A DNA stretch of 64,000 bases from Lama glama (taxonomy: Eukaryota), in the NCBI GenBank assembly GCA_028534125.1, contig CM052829.1:4650001-4714000 (forward strand). The letters are read 5' to 3'. A program made the translations under genes and the position numbers. The notes beneath the pieces were generated by a model that was not told where the DNA came from, did no database searches, and was given only the letters and a program-made list of their open reading frames with translations. Of this stretch, positions 25,336 to 37,944 are shown in pieces. The number at the start of each line of letters is the position of its first letter. Position 1 is the stretch's first letter.

Positions 25336-25467
25336 TCTGCGGGCCGTTATCTTGCGAGTCAGCAGATGATGACGTCGACTACAGGCTGATGATGTCAACT
25401 CTCGCCTCCGTCCGACGCCTGAGCCCCTGGCTCGTACATTCCGAGCCCAACTCAACACACCAGTCAG
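25336..25467 (+). pseudogene. Pseudo-exon: VCGPLSCESADDDVDYRLMMSTLASVRRLSPWLVHSEPNSTHQS
   Basis: cccacAG ... CAG|GT; 132 nt, phase 1 to 1, open, CpG-rich. Confidence 0.55.
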
Positions 25468-26457
25468 GTCTCTCCAGAAGGAGAACCCTTGGTTTTCTCT
25501 CTCAGAGCCCCTCTGCTCCATGTTCTCCAGTGCCGAACGCGCTCACACTGCTGGCCCCTTGCCCCGTAGCCTCCACATGCACTGGCCTCTTGCTTTTTCT
25601 CAACAGTCCTATTTCTCCCTGGGCCTCTGCCTGGACCTGTTTGACTCAGAACCCCTTATGGCTGCATCCTTGTCATTGCTCAGTGCTTACATCCAATGTC
25701 ACCTCCCCAGTAAGAGCATCACCCTCCCCTGGTCACTTCTGTCCCCTTACTATGTTTCATCCTCCACGTAACAGTTACTGCTCTCCGAGGTGACCTGCTC
25801 ACTGATTTGTCTCCTTGCTATTGTCTCTCTCCTGCCTCTAGACTAAACTTCTTTGCCTTGTTCAGAGATAAATGCTGGATACGTGGTTAATACATGCTCG
25901 TGGAACATTCAGGAATGTATAGAATGTTCGCTAATAACAGCAGATGACTTACACAGTCAAGGCCTTCGTCATGCTGACAAGCCTCTTGTCTCTGAGCCTA
26001 GGTTCTTCGTCTGTAAGGTGGGACCCTGCCTGTCTCCTGGGCTTACTCTGAGGCAGGTGGGAAGACACACTTCGTGGTTTGGAGAAGCATCCTTCACGAC
26101 CGTAGCGGTTATGAGGTTTTCCCGTGGACAGATGTGGTGCACTGCTGTGTTATACCAGGTGTTTGCCTGGTCTCATTAAATCTTCATCAGTTTTATGATA
26201 ACAATGATAGTCAATATGATCATCATTCCATTGAAAGAAGCACCAAGAAGCTAAGCAACTGACCCAAGGTCACTCAGGTAGTGAATTATAAAAATTCCCT
26301 ACGTGGTCTCCCTGTCTCCCATAGTAATGACAATGATTATAAGCCTATTTATTATTTTTCAGTGGTTATGTCTCAGACATCCTGGACGCCTGAGTACTAT
26401 GGAATAACGTACATTTCTGCTTTTCTATCACATGGCAACACGAGCTGTCGCTTGTAG

Positions 26458-26508
26458 TTGGTACCTATACGTCCAGGGAGGTCCAAAGACAGTGTAGAGA
26501 AGGGGCCG
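26458..26508 (+). pseudogene. Small pseudo-exon: VGTYTSREVQRQCREGA
   Basis: cttgtAG ... G|GTAATG; 51 nt, phase 1 to 1. Confidence 0.4.
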
Positions 26509-26858
26509 GTAATGAGACTGTTCACACTTAGCCCTTCTGTGGCTGACCTCATGAGCTATTTAGCCAGTGAAGCCGAAGGCTCAGGAGGGAAGGTAATACA
26601 ATCTAAGAGTGTCCCCAAGATACTTGTTACAACTGAGGACCCACAGCAAACAAACGTTTCTCCTTAGGCTGCTGGAGATTTGGGCTGATTACTGGTAAAC
26701 CTGCTGAAATGCCCAGTCCTGGGGACTCACTAGGCCCCGTGTACTTGCTCAGCAGAACACAGACTCTGCAACCACCCTCAAAGTGCAGAGCTAGAGTTTG
26801 GGAAGTCACAGTAGAAGCTTTATTATTCCAGTTCTCTCCCGATGTCTGTGGTTTTTAG

Positions 26859-27103
26859 AAGCAGTACAAGGAGATGCTCTCCCCCGACTGAATGCAGCAG
26901 TGGCGGCAGCAGAGGGGAGAGGGGCCGGGGCGGCTGCGTCCGGGGCCCAGAGCGTCTCAGCTGCTAAGTCACTCATAGCCAAGCGCTGTTACGGGCTGTC
27001 TCATCACCAGGCAATCAGGGTTAAAAAACCTCCTACTTTTTACTTCTCGTTTTTCGAAGCTTCGGATGCAAATTCGATCTTACGACACACGTTGGTGAAG
27101 TCC
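26859..27103 (+). pseudogene. Pseudo-exon: EAVQGDALPRLNAAVAAAEG...KRCYGLSHHQAIRVKKPPTFYFSFFEASDANSILRHTLVKS
   Basis: gtttttAG ... GTGAGT; 245 nt, phase 1 to 0, open. Confidence 0.6.
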
Positions 27104-27145
27104 GTGAGTGGGCAGTCTTGCTGTCTCTCTGTTCTTATTTACCAG

Positions 27146-27222
27146 GATATCGTGTTACTGTATAATAAGCTGTCCTTTAACGACAGGCAAATTTATCCTA
27201 AGTGGGCAAAAACAGGGTGGCT
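27146..27222 (+). pseudogene. Pseudo-exon: DIVLLYNKLSFNDRQIYPKWAKTGW
   Basis: Strong pyrimidine tract + cAG, donor GTAGGT; 77 nt, phase 0 to 2, open. Confidence 0.6.
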
Positions 27223-27897
27223 GTAGGTTCCTGTGATGGAAATGCAATGAGTACAAACTAAGTCTATCACCTTGTGGCTACTTGGAAGATGGCCACCAGT
27301 TGTCCAAAGGAGTGGTGGTCCCAGACGTCGCCTTCTAGGGGGCTGGACACTGGCATTCCCTGTGGTTGAAACCGCACAAGGGGAAGGAAGGGGAGTGTCA
27401 TCTGACCAGCATCTGTATGGATGACTTGCCTCAGCCCAGCCAGCTGGCGTCACTTCCCTTTCGAGAGGAACAAAAGAGGATGGATGGTGGTTTTGGCACA
27501 AAAGGCTCTCTTCAGTATAAACAGCAGCCTTTTCTGACTCGAACTTCAGCTTGCACTGAGGAGCTCCCCCTCCCCAGAGACAGCCCCGAGCTAGCGCCCT
27601 GGGAGCCTGGGCGAGCTCAAGCTGCGCAGTCACTTCTGCTGCCAGGAAACCGCGGGGACCCGGGGCGCGTTGCTAAGTCTGCACAGCCCGGCATGCAGCG
27701 CCCAGCCCTCAGCACATGGAGACCTCCCGGCCCCACGGAATTCAAGGATTTGCTCAAATCACACATGTGAACAGGTCCCTGTGTGCTTTGGAGGACAAGA
27801 CAGCCGGTTCCGTGTCTGCTTCCAAAAGGCTCATGCCCGTCACCAAAAATAATCTGTTGACTTTTTGGTCATAACCACAACTTAAGATTTCTATCAG

Positions 27898-28260
27898 TAG
27901 TATGGATGAATTTAGGAGCAACTTTGGCCCCAAACAAATTGAGTGACTATAACAAATGTATATAACAAGGTTTAAGTGGGTAACAGGCACATTTTAAAAA
28001 ATGGCTAATATCTTTATTTGAGGAATTTTTAGTGTTCTCAGACCTTTGGAAACTGTTAGCCAGGTCATTTACAGAATGTTGGAATGCAATGAGCAATCTG
28101 AGCTCGAGGGCGACTTCCATCCGACAGGCAAGATGGTACTGACCCAGAGACTCAGAGTGGACCCTGGCTTCAGTGTCGAGGCCTCTAGGTAGCATCAATT
28201 ATCAGAAAGGAAGTGTTCAGAGAAAACTGTTTTCTTTCATAAGCATGTTTCTCTTTCTAT
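27898..28260 (+). pseudogene. Probable last pseudo-exon(s): SMDEFRSNFGPKQIE*L*QMYITRFKW.. / ..FKKWLISLFEEFLVFSDLWKLLARSF..
   Basis: Acceptor tttctatcAG with phase 2 start matching the previous exon; donor at 27980 or continuation via frameshift; AATAAA at 28862. Confidence 0.5.
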
Positions 28261-29026
28261 TATAGCTAAGAAAACACTAAAAACGGAAAAGTCAAGTGAC
28301 TTCCTAGGTACTGGTCTCTTTGAGAACAAGCCAGATTCCCAGTTTTGTTTTAAACTGGCAGGTGGCCATGCACTCTTTCTGGAAGTGAGTACAATTCGTT
28401 GCTTATTCAAGACTATTAGGAAATCTAATAGTTGTAAGATGTCAAATAGATTTTTGGATTAGATTCGGACTTTTGTTGGAAATTAGGAATTCTGGGGCTT
28501 TAATAGGACAGGGAAATCGGTGATTACCGCAGCAGCACATCATTCGAATAAGCCATTCGACAAATTACGTTACGGAAGGCACTTTGCTTCTCAGAATAGT
28601 GTGTTTACATTATGAGTGCATATTTCTATTAGGGGCAAATATTGGAATAATTGAGGAGTGTGGTAGCAAAATGCTTTTTTTTTTGCACCAAGTGTCTGCA
28701 ATAAGAAAACAAAACACTAGATATTATGAAAGGGTGCTGAGTAAATGCAGCACAATCAGCTTTTCAGGAAGGGTGGTCATCTGGCCGGGAACCGCCAGCA
28801 ACTCTCCAAACAACAGCGGCTACCAGTGCGTGCTTTGACTCTCAGCGACAGCTGAATGAAAAATAAAAGGGAATACTTTTCTTGGGGGGCACATGACTAT
28901 GACAGACTGCTCACCCCATCCCTGCAATGTTCAAAAACCGCCCTGCCTGGCACCGTGTGTGTCTTTCTTGTCATCATCTTGCTGCCCTTTGCCAAGCACT
29001 GAGCAGTGTTGAAGACACTGGCCGCC

Positions 29027-29028
<2 letters not shown>

Positions 29029-29068
<40 letters not shown>

Positions 29069-29092
29069 TGTGTGTATGTACGTGTGTGTGTG
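29029..29092. repeat. (TG)n microsatellite
   Basis: Perfect to ~29067, then imperfect. Confidence 0.95.
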
Positions 29093-30589
29093 GCGGTGAG
29101 CAGGGGGATAGAGGTAGCATATCTTGGAGAGGGCTTCTCAGCAAAGTCTTGGCTTTCCCAGGATGTCTGCCATTATTGGAGGGAAAGACAATGGCCTCTT
29201 AAACACTGAAATGTGTTTCCACCTTTTACCAGTGTTACAGACTCTTTCAACATGTAAAAAAAAAAATCACTTTCTTAGGGAAAAGTAAGGAAGAATTTTT
29301 CTTGGATCTGACTGGAGTTGGGGGCAGGGGCCTCTGTGGGAAAGGTGACAAATGCTTGCTTGTTTACTGATGAGCTGGGACAGTGGCTGGTAGCCAGTGA
29401 ACTGCAGTGGTGTAGTTACAGCTGCTCGGTGATGTTTGTTAAAGACCGCTAATTACGGAGGGGATCCAGTAGAAATGACCGTGGCTTTAACCTGAGGCTC
29501 ACTGCAGACTTTTCAGAGTGTTTGTTAAGTAACGCTTATAAAATGAGAGAGTGCTCATGGGACCCGACCAAACTGTTGTCACAGGAAGCTCAATATTATT
29601 TGAAGCAGAATTCTAGTTTAGCTCTCTGTCAACTCCGAATTTCACAATATGTGACAAAATGTCCATAATGAGAATAATTTAGCATTTTGGTTTATAGAAG
29701 ATAAAGTACTTTGCAACTTTTGGTGTTTCCTAGTGTTTGTAGTAACAATAGTTATTTTTCTTTTATTTTACAGGAAAGTAAAATAGGATTACAGATAAAG
29801 ACAAAGACAGAGAGGGGGTAAAAGGAGTTGATGGAAAAGAGCACCCTGGATATAGCCTTCCATGAAGAAGAGAAAATCCATGGAAGAACACTGACAGGAA
29901 GGAAGTGATGCGCATTCTTCCAGGCACCTGGCGAACGAGAGATAAAACCAGCCTGGCAGGTGGGGGGCTTTCTAGCTGCATGAATCCAGGCGTGCCACAC
30001 TAGCATTTCCTGATGCAGTGTTGACCTTGGATTACTGAAATCACCTTAATTCCTAGCAGTAAACAATGCTGACTGTGGTATTAGCTGACTCTTCTGGATG
30101 GAAGTCATTTTCTTGGTTCAAGTAAGGAAACCAGAATACTGTGTTCTTGTGCGTATTACTCAGCCCTTTAATGATTCCCCTTCATTCTATTGCATTTTAA
30201 TTTGGGCCCTTGGCCATTATCAAAGAAGCAGCCATTTGAAAAGGACCATTGCATCTGCTTTACAAATATTGCTGTGGACGCTGCCCTTACTGTATGAAGG
30301 CTCACTGGAGAACCTTCATTTAGAATTTAGCCTTAGGAAAAGTTTAGTTCTCTTAAAGCACAGTATCCTTTCTACTTTCTTACTTCCTCATGATAATGTT
30401 GTAACTGACCATCTTACTTTATTATTATTATTATTTGCCTATAATGTTTTTGGTGCTATGTTTCTGTTTTTTTATTGTCTGTTTTTGCTTAAAGCTGTTT
30501 CAAATCCTTTGTGAAAAAAGAAATAAATATGTATAAAATACGGAGTGAATATTTTAATGTAAGTAATGGCTTCTAACTTGGCTTAATAA

Positions 30590-31700
30590 TTCAAAAATAT
30601 TTATTGAGCACATTCTGGGAGTAAGGGATCCAACCATGGCAAGTCTAAGTCCTTATTCTCATGAGGCTGCTGTCTTGGTTGTCTGAATCCTACAGTTATC
30701 AAGCAAACAGCTATATAAATATTCTATATGTATGTATTATAAATATTATGTATTATTAAGATGGCTTTACATAGAAAGAAAATAAAATGCTGTAAGAAGA
30801 TAGAGTATGTTGGATGCTATCTATAGATCTGGATCACTATTTTAGATAAAGTGGTCAAGGACACCTCGTTGAGGAGATGGCATTTGAGCAGCAATCTGAA
30901 CAGAAAGGAAAAAGGAGCCATGTATAGAATCAGCACAAGATTGTTCCAGACAGAGGGAGGAGCAAGTGCAGATGTCCTGAGGCAGGAGCAAGCTTGGTGT
31001 CTTTGAAGAACAGTAAGATGTCTGGTGGGATTGGAGAATGTTGAATTTATTAAATATTGAATAAGGAAGAAAAGGAGGTGGAGTGGTTAAGGGCTAGATG
31101 TTGTCATGTCTTGAAGGGAAGGACACTGAAATTTATTCTAAATGTCATGGGATGTCACTGAGGATTTTAAGCAAGGGAATGACAAAATCTCATTTAACTT
31201 TGAGTGCGACCACTCTGGTTACTGAGCAGAGAGTGGACTGTAGTGGGAACAGAGGGACTTCCTAGAAGCTGTTGAGATCCAGGGCAGAGGTTATGGTGGA
31301 GGACTGAGAGTGACATATTTACCAAGAATAAAGGTAGAGCACTGATTTGCTACTGTAGAGCTTGGTTGTAGGAGGTAAAGGAAATGAAGACTTCAAGATG
31401 ACTCTGCTATTCTTGGTCAGTGGGCTGTCAGTAGACCCATTTACTTAGGTGAGGGCAGAAAACATCCAGTGGCCAAGTCAAGAGTTGTTGTGGATACATT
31501 CAGTGAAATGTCTACTGGACATCCAAGAGCAGCTGTTGATTCAGAAGCTGGACATAGGAGTTAGAAGGTCAGAGTTGAGGGTGGAGAAGGGTCAAAACTG
31601 GGAGTCAATGTATAGATGGTGTTGACAGCTGTGAGACTGAATGAGATCACCAAGAGAATAAATACAGAGAAAGAATAGAAGAGGACTGAGGATAGAATTC
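30590..31700 (-). mobile_element. L2 LINE (antisense)
   Basis: aaatatttattgagcac 3' end; purine-rich L2 antisense phrases (gttccagacagagggaggagcaagtgca, ggattttaagcaagggaatgaca). Confidence 0.75.
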
Positions 31701-33840
31701 TCTTAACCCTCTGATCATTCTATTTTCCTTAATGGATGCCCCACAATGAACTATATTAACATGTGTTTGTACAACCTGTATAGTGATGCCTGGTCGGGGT
31801 AGACTGACTACTTTTTTGAATGAGCAAAGTCATACTTAGCTAGAGTCCTCCCTGATTAATATTAAAAGCAGCCATTCTGATAATCTGGTAAATTAAATTT
31901 AGCTGTAGGCTATAATTATAATTCAAATAGAATTGCATGTTTCTGAAAGAGTGATGGTTTACAGTATAGAATTGATTTAAGTTAAAAAGCGCTCCCAAAG
32001 TAGACTTTAAAAGACAAAGCCATAATAATTTACTAGTGAATGAATGTGGGATGTTCTCAAGTAAAAATAATTGCTATAATCTCTTAGTTTGGAATTAATT
32101 ATAAATATATGAAATGTTTGAAATTAATATCATTTGTTGGAGAGTTTAGTCTGGAAAATAGAAACTGATTTAAAGATCAGACTTTTAAAAATGGTGACAG
32201 AAAATAGCAGAAAGAAGGGAGGTCTTGCCTACCTCCCTTACTCACATGGAGGGCAATTAGCTTTTTTCTGTAGCTGGGTTACTAAAAAAGGGAAACATGA
32301 CAGAGAATTCATTTTCCTCTGTTTAAACCTCCACAATTTTTTATAGCTCTGTGATTTCTTAGCGGCTAAAATACTTTTGTTTGCCAATGTTAAAATCTCA
32401 AGTTTTGGCACCATTAGTGTTTGAAAAACACTTTGATTTTAGCACTGTTCACTTTTATTATCCCAAAAGATTATCAAAATGAAGAATTTGTTTGGCAACT
32501 GAATGCACTGGTATCTTTAGAGGATAGATGCACTGAGAACCAAAGTAGTATTTCATGTTGTCCTAAATTAGATACTTAAAGTCACAACAGTCTGTTGGAC
32601 TTTGAAGTTCCAGGGCTGGATTCAGCCTCACTGCTCTTGAACTGATCAGATGGGGCCTTGTGGGATGAAATATAGTCAGTGCTAGGCATTCTTTTCTAGA
32701 ATACATAACATAAACAGCAAGGCCGTTCTTTTGTAAATGGAAGCACATGTCAAAGAAGGTAGGTTATTCCTATGACAGAGGGGCTCTTAAATAATTTTTA
32801 TAAGAGCAAGGCATTGCAGTGTGTTCTCAATGTCTAAAACATGCACATAAGTCCCTTTGGCCCAATATTACAGAATAGTACAGAAAATACTAGATGATTC
32901 AAGGATACAGCCTTGGTTAAGCTCATATGAAAAAGTTCCGTAAATCAGTTCAACTAAAACTAAATGTGTCTGAAAGAACTAAAGAAAAGATCTAAGGAAG
33001 GAATTTTTCTTTCAGAAAAAAGCAAACAAACAAAAAGCAACCTATTGAAAACAATTTGAATGAATGGTATTAAATGAACATCCCTATCTTGTTCCATAAA
33101 ATGAAATCGAAAATATAGTCCAGATTGGGACACTTTGGCCTTATGAGATATACAATCATGCATGATACTAAAAGCATTCATCCTTGTTAATCACTGAATA
33201 ACACACAAATGTAGACAAAGACAGTATAGAAAAAAAAATCTCAACTATAGTTAAATTAGAGACTACAGATGTAAGAATGATGTCAGCTAGGTATTAGTAA
33301 GTGTTGGCTTAGCCTCTGCTTACTCTGTTTGACTACAGTTAGACATTCCATGGACTTTAATCATGAGCCTTGAATGAGTGTGAGACAGTTCCTACAGCTT
33401 CAATGACTAATTCTCAGCAGCTAGGTCTTGGGTGCCCAGATTACACCTTCCTCCTTATTTTTTTTTTAAACATCAACAATTAAGACAATTATTTATCATC
33501 TACAAACAAAATTTCTTTTTGTTTCTATCTTGAAACAAAATTTCAAGCAAGTTAGCACTTCAAGGTTTGAGACAAGTTTTCTTGGTCTCTAAGTATCTTT
33601 AGCTATTTTAGAGGATGAACAGACAGCACCAGGTCCAGAAAGAGGAGACCACTGGGGTGGGTTAGATGGTGATTGGGAACCCAGGGAAAAAGAGCTGAGG
33701 TTGTGGTCCACCATCCCACCTGCCCCCATGACGTGTTCACATGCCTGTGTGTGCATGTATGCACAAAGATTCCAATTATCTATTCAGCCTTACAGATAAA
33801 AATATATATTTCTCCTGACAAACACAGAAACTTGAGAGCT

Positions 33841-34235
33841 TGTTTAGAAAGAAATAACAACCCCAAGGTGCAGTCACCTGTGCTAAGTCCCACATCTGCA
33901 AACCAATACCTAACCTAGCTGCAGTTTCTGCCTCTCCCAGGAATGTGACCTTTAACCAGTCAATCTGGAACTGCCTGGTCAACACCAGTGAGGTAATCTA
34001 CCTGACAGACCCTCACATCCCCAGTAGGAAGGTGACCTTGCCTGAAACAATCCAGTTTTTGTTAGAAATTTCCTTTTCCTACCCCCTTCTGCTTGTAAAA
34101 GCCTTTTTTTTTTTTTTGTACAGCTCTTTGGAGCTTTTTTCTAGCTGCTGGATGGGATGCTGCCTGAGTTATGAATCATTGAATAAAGCCAATAAGATCT
34201 TTAAAATTTACACAGTTGAATTTTGTTTTTAAACA
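33841..34235 (+). mobile_element. 5' LTR (MER34/MER39-group-like)
   Basis: TG...CA ends; AATAAA near 34182; homologous to 37945-38329 (shared ctgcagtttc.gcctctcccaggaatgtgacc). Confidence 0.9.
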
Positions 34236-34239
34236 GATT

Positions 34240-34257
34240 TGGTGGCAGTAGTGGGAT
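34240..34257 (+). promoter_or_regulatory. Primer-binding site complementary to tRNA-Leu
   Basis: TGGTGGCAGTAGTGGGAT versus expected TGGTGGCAGCGGTGGGAT (16/18; both mismatches at one CpG). Confidence 0.8.
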
Positions 34258-35049
34258 CAGAAAGACACTTGATAGCTTTGGGACAACAGAAACTCAGGCA
34301 TGGTACCTGTGAACCTTTTAGTGATCTTTGTCTCTCTTGTCATTTCTGAGGTTAAGTTATTTTGGTTCTGAGCCCTGCTCTCTTTGCATTGAGCTCCTGT
34401 TAGAACTGGCTTTCTAGTCCAGGGCAAGACAGCTCCACCTGGAACCCAAGCTCCTAGCCCTTGTTTCAATATATAATTCCTCACTTGATTGGAAATGTTA
34501 GCCCTTGTTTTGATCCCCAGACTCCACATTGGGAATCACTGGTACTTCAGTCTGCAGCTCCCTATTGTGTTGAACCCCAGTCTGAAGTCCCCATTTGTTG
34601 AGGTCTGCTGGTACAATCCTTTCTCCAGTCCCTAGTTCCATGGGACTTGCCAGTGGTATGCACAGGGCCTTCTCTTGGCCAGTCCACAGTAGCATCTCTT
34701 TGGTTACTGCTAGTGGTGTTAAGGAACACATGAGGTAAAAATTATTGCTGATGGGAATCTCAAAAGCCAAAAAAATGTAAAAATTGGTCAGCACAGATTG
34801 AGCGCTTAAAGGTGTTTAGGGCATTCACCACCAATTCTAAGACTCCCATGTTAGGATAAGCTGGCCATGGAATGGGTTGGATTGATACTAGGTAACCAGT
34901 CAACCTCAGGAGAAGTTCCATGCAATGAGGCACACTGTAAAACTACACAGTCCCCAACTCAGCAATAGTTTGGGGTATTAGTTTGGCTCCAAGAGACCCA
35001 AAGATCTAACTGAAAAAGAATGAGACCCTTAAGCTCCAAAGAGTCAAGC

Positions 35050-37090
35050 TTGCCACCTTCTGGCACACATGCTTATTTTATGTTTAAGAACTGTGGTCTT
35101 GGAAACTTTGGTGTCTACAAAAATGGCAAAATCTTACTAAAAACAACCTGGAATTACAATGGCCATTATGCGGAACATTCCCATTAGACAAGATTGTTCA
35201 TTTAAGAAGTGCACTCAAAAAGCAAGGGTTCCTGAATTAAAAAAAACAGAATGGCATTTTAAAATTGGTATACAGAAGCTTCTGAAAGGCTTCCTTCAAG
35301 ATTCCAAAATAGCCTCAGTGAAAAATTCATTGCAAAATGCTAATGAAAAATTAAATACTAATAAAGAGTAATAAAAAAGACTAAAAATTAAAGGAGGTGC
35401 CGCAAATAAAAGACAGGAAGGCTGACATGCCTTCTACTGCTCCGCTCTATCCTCCTTTACTGGAGTACTCACGTTCTATTAATCCTCTGCACGGCCTTTC
35501 CACTCTGAAGAGACTATCAACCAGTTGCCTTTTAAAAGAAAACCATCTGAGATTGTAGGAGATCCTCCTCAGGTATCTTTCAGTCCTTGGTCAAAGACTG
35601 AACTAAGGGCCATAGTTTAAAGTTTCCTAAACCCGGGAAGGATCCCCCAAAAGCTTGCAGAGGACTGCACATGCTGGTAGGACACGGCGAAGCTCAAAAT
35701 GGACATGGGAAACAGAATGACCTAACCCTTGAGGTGCTATCCAAGATCCTCAAACTTCAACATAGGCCCCTCATGGACTAGAAAAAGCTCACAAAATAGC
35801 AACCGGTCTTTTAAAAGTCATTCCTAGAGTCTTCATGCCTGCGCTGATCGGTCTATTACTCAAACATGCAAACAAAAGCAAGATGAGCCTGTTGCGGACT
35901 TTAAGCCCATCCGGAGGCTCTCTTCCTGCCGCATTCCAGAGTCTGTACAATCAATGAGGTCACTCAGACTGCTCGAGTTGCGTTTATTTGTAAATGGATT
36001 ATCTCCTGAGATTGGTGGGTTGGTAAAAAGGTAGAAAGTAAGATGGGAAGCTACCAGTCTGACTGAACTTGTAACCAAGGCTGAACACTTTTGAAAGAAC
36101 TTTGGAACAAGACTACGAGCAAAAGTCTGCCAAGCTATTGGCCTTATAGCTACAACAGCTCCAAGGCCGGGCACTCAGGATAACACCCAGGCCTCCCGCA
36201 TTGCACCCTCCAAGGGATCCGCCCTCAGAATGCTGCCCAGGGGTTGATGGCTCATTTACAGTCAACTAGGGCACTGTAAAAGAAGTTTTCCTCAAAGGTT
36301 CTGTGCAAGATCTTCAACATCAACTTGCATGCCCTCATATCTACCCCTAAATGAGGGCCCCCATCTGTGCCTGTCCCACAGCTGACAGGGTTTGGAGGGG
36401 ACCTTCTGGTAAACTGCTACTGGTTATTTCCTTAAACAGCCAAGGAGAAACTAAAATTAAAATAAGTGGGAAGCTTTGCCAAATTCTGGTAGACACTGAG
36501 CTACACTTTCTGCTTTAAATCCCACTCTCATAGGACAACAAATCCCTCATAGTGAGAACAAAGTTTCCACAGTGGGGGCATCTAGTAAAGTTGAGAGGGA
36601 TAACCAAGCCGGGAGGCTCACCCAGCAGCACAGTAGTGCGCACAGGCCGGCTGCCTGTTACAGCAGGCAGCCTGACTCGGTGGCTCCTGCCTCCTCCCGC
36701 TGCCTTAAGGCTACAGCTGCAGCTGCGAAGTTAGAAGCCTGGGCGGATTTCACCCTAGGAAATGACATTTATTTACAAACTCCGCAAGTGGTCTGAAGTC
36801 TTCTTAATTCTGAACTGACTCACCGTTTCTCTGCAAGCAGACTAACCTTCTATGAGATCCTTGTTTTTACCACCTCATTTGCATCTTTAATACTGCAACA
36901 TTCTTAATCCTGCTGTGTTACTGGCTCTGCCTGATGAAGGTGAGCCCCATGACTGTGAGGTAATACTGTCCTTTTTCATGACACCATGTCCTAATTTACA
37001 AGATACCTCTTTTACTAATACTGATCTAATCTTGCTTATTAATGGGTCATACTGTAGAAATGAAAAAGGGTATTTCCAGTTACTACCCAC
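35050..37090 (+). pseudogene. ERV gag, protease and RNase H remnants
   Basis: Protease-like QILVDT-(frameshift)-ATLSALNP near 36480-36525; RNase H-like LQDTSFTNTDLILLINGSYCRNEKG (36915-37090); many stops. Confidence 0.75.
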
Positions 37091-37169
37091 AGTTAGTATA
37101 TTTGTACCCTCACATTCTTTTAATTATCTAAAGACCTCATTGGTCAACTCTCCTGAATTTTTATCATTG

Positions 37170-37750
37170 ATTTAGAAAGGACTTGCTAGGAGGCATTTAT
37201 GATTCAGAATTTGCTTCCTTTGGTAGATCCCTACCTCCCTGACAACGTAGATGAGAATATGACCAGAAACTTCTCCTTAATTCTTGAAAATACTGCAGAA
37301 TCTCCTGCTAAGATAATAGTTGCCTAACGAAAATCTTTAGATTTTCTGGCCAAAGTTGTTCTTGATAATAGGATAGCCCTTGACTGTCTTTTAGCTGAAC
37401 AGGGAGGAGTCTGTTTGTGGCCAACAACACCTGCTTCATCTGGGTTAAAACTTCTGGGAAGGTTGGCACTCAGTTACATTAAGATCACTGAGCAAGACAC
37501 TTGGCTGAAAAGGATGACTCCTTCAATAGGGTCTTTGCTTGATTTATTTGATTTGATTGGTTTGGGTCTTGGGGACCATGGATCTGACGTGCATTCCAGA
37601 CACTGGGAGTTACCCTGCTTATGATAAGAGTAGTTTCCCTGGCTCACTGTGTTTTCCCAAAGGCTTTAAATGCATGTTTGCAGCCACTAACCATCATGCA
37701 AATGCTCTTCCTAAGACTGGGATACCAAAAGGGAATGGAGAAAATGACTG
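37170..37750 (+). pseudogene. env: ERV env transmembrane subunit remnant
   Basis: Immunosuppressive-domain-like SLDFLAKVVLDNRIALDCLLAEQGGVC near 37333-37414. Confidence 0.85.
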
Positions 37751-37944
37751 ACTAAAATATTGTGAGCCTGAAGTTGTGACCTGTGAATACCACAGAGATT
37801 CAGCAAAAACCATCGTGACCTGTGAATATCATGCTGAGGGCCAGTAAAAGCTATGGGAACTGCAGAGCGGTAGCTGACAGTGGTTCTAGTGCCTTAAATT
37901 TTGATCATATCTCTCAGGCTGAGACTCTGATCAAAAGGGGGGAT

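Larger units (their letters stand above)
1..28260 (+). pseudogene. Multi-exon (unprocessed) pseudogene of an unidentified large protein; 5' part lies upstream of the window
   Basis: More than 20 AG...GT-bounded segments with phase-compatible reading frames (chains 1-352, 9833-15989, 23002-23977, 25336-27979); protein-like translations interrupted by isolated TAA/TAG/TGA and a few frameshifts. Confidence 0.75.

Noticed and set aside
24296-25467. GREB1-like words (KWSS, DDVD) in pseudo-exons
   Set aside because: Only 4-residue matches with no surrounding similarity; no gene symbol assigned.
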